From Candidatus Binatia bacterium (GTDB lineage: Bacteria; Desulfobacterota; Binatia; UBA1149; CAITLU01): a stretch of DNA of 42,600 nt. Both the position numbers and the translations under genes were made by a program. This document shows positions 40,467 through 42,600 of the stretch, in pieces; position 1 is the stretch's first letter; each line of letters opens with the position of its first letter. The stretch spans positions 1-42,600 of the forward strand of contig JBHEOD010000012.1 in NCBI GenBank assembly GCA_046261745.1, in the 5' to 3' direction. The notes below the pieces were generated by a model, which made no database searches, was not told the DNA's origin, and was given only the letters and a program-made list of their open reading frames with translations.

Positions 40467-41820
40467 CGAGATCGACCACGTCGCGGTACTCCGGAACGGT
40501 GCATGGCCAGCCGTGCCGCTCCTCGATGGCCTGGCGCAGCGAATCGGCGGCGACAGGCTCGCCGTGCGTGACGAAGACGCGCTGCGGCGGCGACGGCAGC
40601 GAACCGATCCACGCCAGCAGCTCGTTGCGATCGGCATGCGCCGACAGCGCGTCGAGCCTCGCGACTTCAGCGCGGACGGCCACGTGGCTGCCGTGGATCT
40701 TCACCGTGGCGGCGCCGCCGGCCATCGCGGCGCCGCGCGTGCCGGCGGCCTGGTAGCCGACGAACAGGATCGTGTTGCGCTCGTCCGGTGCGAGCGCCTT
40801 CAGGTGGTGAAGCACGCGGCCGCCCGAGGCCATGCCGCTTGCCGACACGATCACCGCAGGTGTGTGTACCGCGTTGAGCTGCTTGGATTGTTCGACGCTG
40901 GTTACGATGGTGGCCGACGTGCCCAACGCCGTGCACTGCTCGGCGCTCAGGCGGTGTTCGTCGCAATGCGCCTGGTAGATGCGCGTGGCATCGGCCGCCA
41001 TCGGGCTGTTGAGGTAGGCCGGCAGGTCCGGAATGCGGCGCTGCTCCTTGAGCAGGTGAATGCAGTACAGCAGCGTCTGGGCTCGGCCGATTGCGAAGGA
41101 CGGAATCAGCACAACGCCGCCGCGCGCTGCCGTGCGATTGATGACGGCGGCAAGGACCGTCAAAGGATCCTTGTCGCTGCGCACGCGATCGCCGTAGGTG
41201 GATTCGAGGACGACCCAGTCGGACGGCTCCGGCGCAGCTGGCGGGTTCATCAGCAGGTCCTCGGAGGAGCCGAGGTCGCCGGAGAACAGCAACGAATGGT
41301 TGTCCCATTCGACGCGTACGCTGGCCGCGCCGAGCAGGTGTCCGGCGCGGCGAAGCTGCACTCGCAGTCCGGCGACCGGCTCGAAGGCGCTGTCGAAGTC
41401 GTGAGGCTCGAAATGCTCGAGCGCCGCGCGCGCGTCGTTCTCTGTGTACAGCGGCAAAGCCGGGCGATGTTTGGAGAAGCCGTGCCGATTGGCGTAGTCG
41501 GCCTCCTCTTCGAGCAGGTGTCCCGAGTCGGGCAGCAGAAGGCCGCACAGGTCCCGCGTCGCCGCACTGCAATGCACGCGGCCGCGGAAGCCGAGGCGCA
41601 CGAGGCGCGGGATGAACCCGCTGTGATCGAGATGCGCGTGAGAGAGAATGATCGCATCGAGATCCGACGGCCGCATGGGGAAGTCGTCCCAGTTACGCAG
41701 CCGGAGCTGCTTGAGTCCCTGGAACAGGCCGCAGTCCACCAGCACCCGCCGGCCTTCGTGCTCGAGCAGGTACTTCGAACCGGTCACGGTGCCGGTGCCA
41801 CCAAGAAAGCTGAGTTGCAT
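40456..41820 (-). CDS. Metallo-beta-lactamase-fold beta-CASP family nuclease (RNA-metabolising MBL)
   Basis: 454 aa, with AAGGAG 8 nt upstream. 'LVDCG', 'SHAHLDHSG', 'GHLLGAA', 'ESTYG', 'LSAHAD', 'VFVTHGE'. Confidence 0.9.
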   Translation of the reverse strand: MQLSFLGGTGTVTGSKYLLEHEGRRVLVDCGLFQGLKQLRLRNWDDFPMRPSDLDAIILSHAHLDHSGFIPRLVRLGFRGRVHCSAATRDLCGLLLPDSGHLLEEEADYANRHGFSKHRPALPLYTENDARAALEHFEPHDFDSAFEPVAGLRVQLRRAGHLLGAASVRVEWDNHSLLFSGDLGSSEDLLMNPPAAPEPSDWVVLESTYGDRVRSDKDPLTVLAAVINRTAARGGVVLIPSFAIGRAQTLLYCIHLLKEQRRIPDLPAYLNSPMAADATRIYQAHCDEHRLSAEQCTALGTSATIVTSVEQSKQLNAVHTPAVIVSASGMASGGRVLHHLKALAPDERNTILFVGYQAAGTRGAAMAGGAATVKIHGSHVAVRAEVARLDALSAHADRNELLAWIGSLPSPPQRVFVTHGEPVAADSLRQAIEERHGWPCTVPEYRDVVDLDAA

Positions 41821-41873
41821 TTGCGTCGTTCTCCTTTGCTACGAACGTGAAACCCTTGCCGGCGCGTTGCGCG

Positions 41874-42600
41874 TCACGCGGGCTCCTTCGGCGGTCGCGC
41901 ATCGGCTTGCAGCTGGGCCGCGTGCCAGGAAAGCGGCGCCAGTCGCAGTCGCCCGTCGACGGCAATCGCGCCGCTGCCCGGCGTCAGCACCTTGACGGGA
42001 TTGAGGTCGAGCTCGACGAGTTCCGGCAGCGCTTCGACCAGCGCCGACACGCGCTGGATGAGGCCGACCAGGGCCGCGCGATCGCCGGGCGGGGCGCCTC
42101 GGTAACCGGCCAGCAACGCGCTCGACCTCAGCTTCGCGAGCATCTCCTCCGCATCGACGTCGCTGACCGGGACGAGGTGGAATGCAACGTCCTTGAGCAG
42201 CTCCACCAGCACGCCGCCCATGCCCACGACCACGAGCGGCCCGAAGACGGGATCGACGGTGACGCCGACCAGCGTTTCGATGCCGCCGGCGACTTCGCGC
42301 TGCAGCAGTACGCGTTCGATGACCTGTCCGCGCGCCGCCAGCCGCGACGTCATCGCGGCGACGGCTTGGCGGACGTCATCGGCGGAGTTGAGATGGAGAA
42401 CGACGGCGCCGACGTCGCTCTTGTGAAGGATGGGCGGGTTGGTGACCTTGGCCACGAGCGGATAGCCGAGGCGTTCGGCCGCGGCTGCCGCGGCTTCCGG
42501 TGTCACCTCGACGCTTTCCGCCAGCGCGATGTCGCACGCGCGCAGCATCGCGGCGAGATCTTCCATGCCGAGCCAGACGGGAGCGTCGACGCCATCGAGC
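41874..42600 (-). CDS. ADP-forming acetyl/acyl-CoA synthetase, C-terminal ATP-grasp part (CDS continues beyond the window)
   Basis: 'LGYPLVAKV....ILHKSDVGAVVL', 'VLLQREV.GG.E...GV..DPVFGP', 'DLNPVKV'. The frame stays open upstream of the first Met to base 42600. Confidence 0.8.
   Translation of the reverse strand, partial: LDGVDAPVWLGMEDLAAMLRACDIALAESVEVTPEAAAAAAERLGYPLVAKVTNPPILHKSDVGAVVLHLNSADDVRQAVAAMTSRLAARGQVIERVLLQREVAGGIETLVGVTVDPVFGPLVVVGMGGVLVELLKDVAFHLVPVSDVDAEEMLAKLRSSALLAGYRGAPPGDRAALVGLIQRVSALVEALPELVELDLNPVKVLTPGSGAIAVDGRLRLAPLSWHAAQLQADARPPKEPA

Overview
This is a 42.6-kb high-GC bacterial chromosomal segment. Hand-counted 60-nt lines give about 77 % G+C in typical genes and 53-58 % in one island. 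It is densely coding on both strands, with about 40 protein genes. I found no rRNA, tRNA, CRISPR array, transposase or integrase. Many long ORFs in the six-frame track are off-frame or antisense GC artefacts. Several starts were re-picked at internal ATG/GTG codons that have a Shine-Dalgarno sequence or a family-typical N-terminus. Most genes are stress or redox housekeeping: Uma2 nuclease; a crotonase abutting a Cu(I) P-type ATPase; FKBP lipoprotein; DEAD-box helicase; K+/H+ antiporter plus tandem USP (the lower-GC island); THUMP methyltransferase; the gnd-zwf-pgl operon; and a monooxygenase-TetR-VOC operon with a perfect 18-bp palindromic operator candidate. The rest are serC, ppnP, PrsW protease, a GT2 glycosyltransferase, an NTF2-like protein, an amidohydrolase, crcB, a fatty-acid hydroxylase, oxyR divergent from a Prx5-Grx fusion and dps, a ThDP enzyme, a CrtI-like oxidoreductase, csbD and pcm. 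Two modules are not explained by textbook annotation. (i) At 17385-21196, an orphan J-domain protein with a winged-helix-like tail is followed by a complete Hsp70 whose stop overlaps the start (ATGA) of a signal-peptide-bearing spherulin-4 (GH135-like) protein with an unassigned Cys-containing C-terminal domain. (ii) At 38940 to beyond 42600, an ADP-forming acyl-CoA synthetase (partial), a beta-CASP metallo-beta-lactamase nuclease and an archaeal-AMP-phosphorylase-like 'thymidine phosphorylase' form an overlapping minus-strand operon. The window also contains a small family of palindromic intergenic repeats (AATGGGGTC[A/T]GACCCCATT, 3 copies), a 58-nt near-perfect hairpin at a convergent gene junction, and a sigma-54-type -24/-12 promoter candidate next to a G8 tract. 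All functional calls rest on motif recognition by eye; no database search was run.
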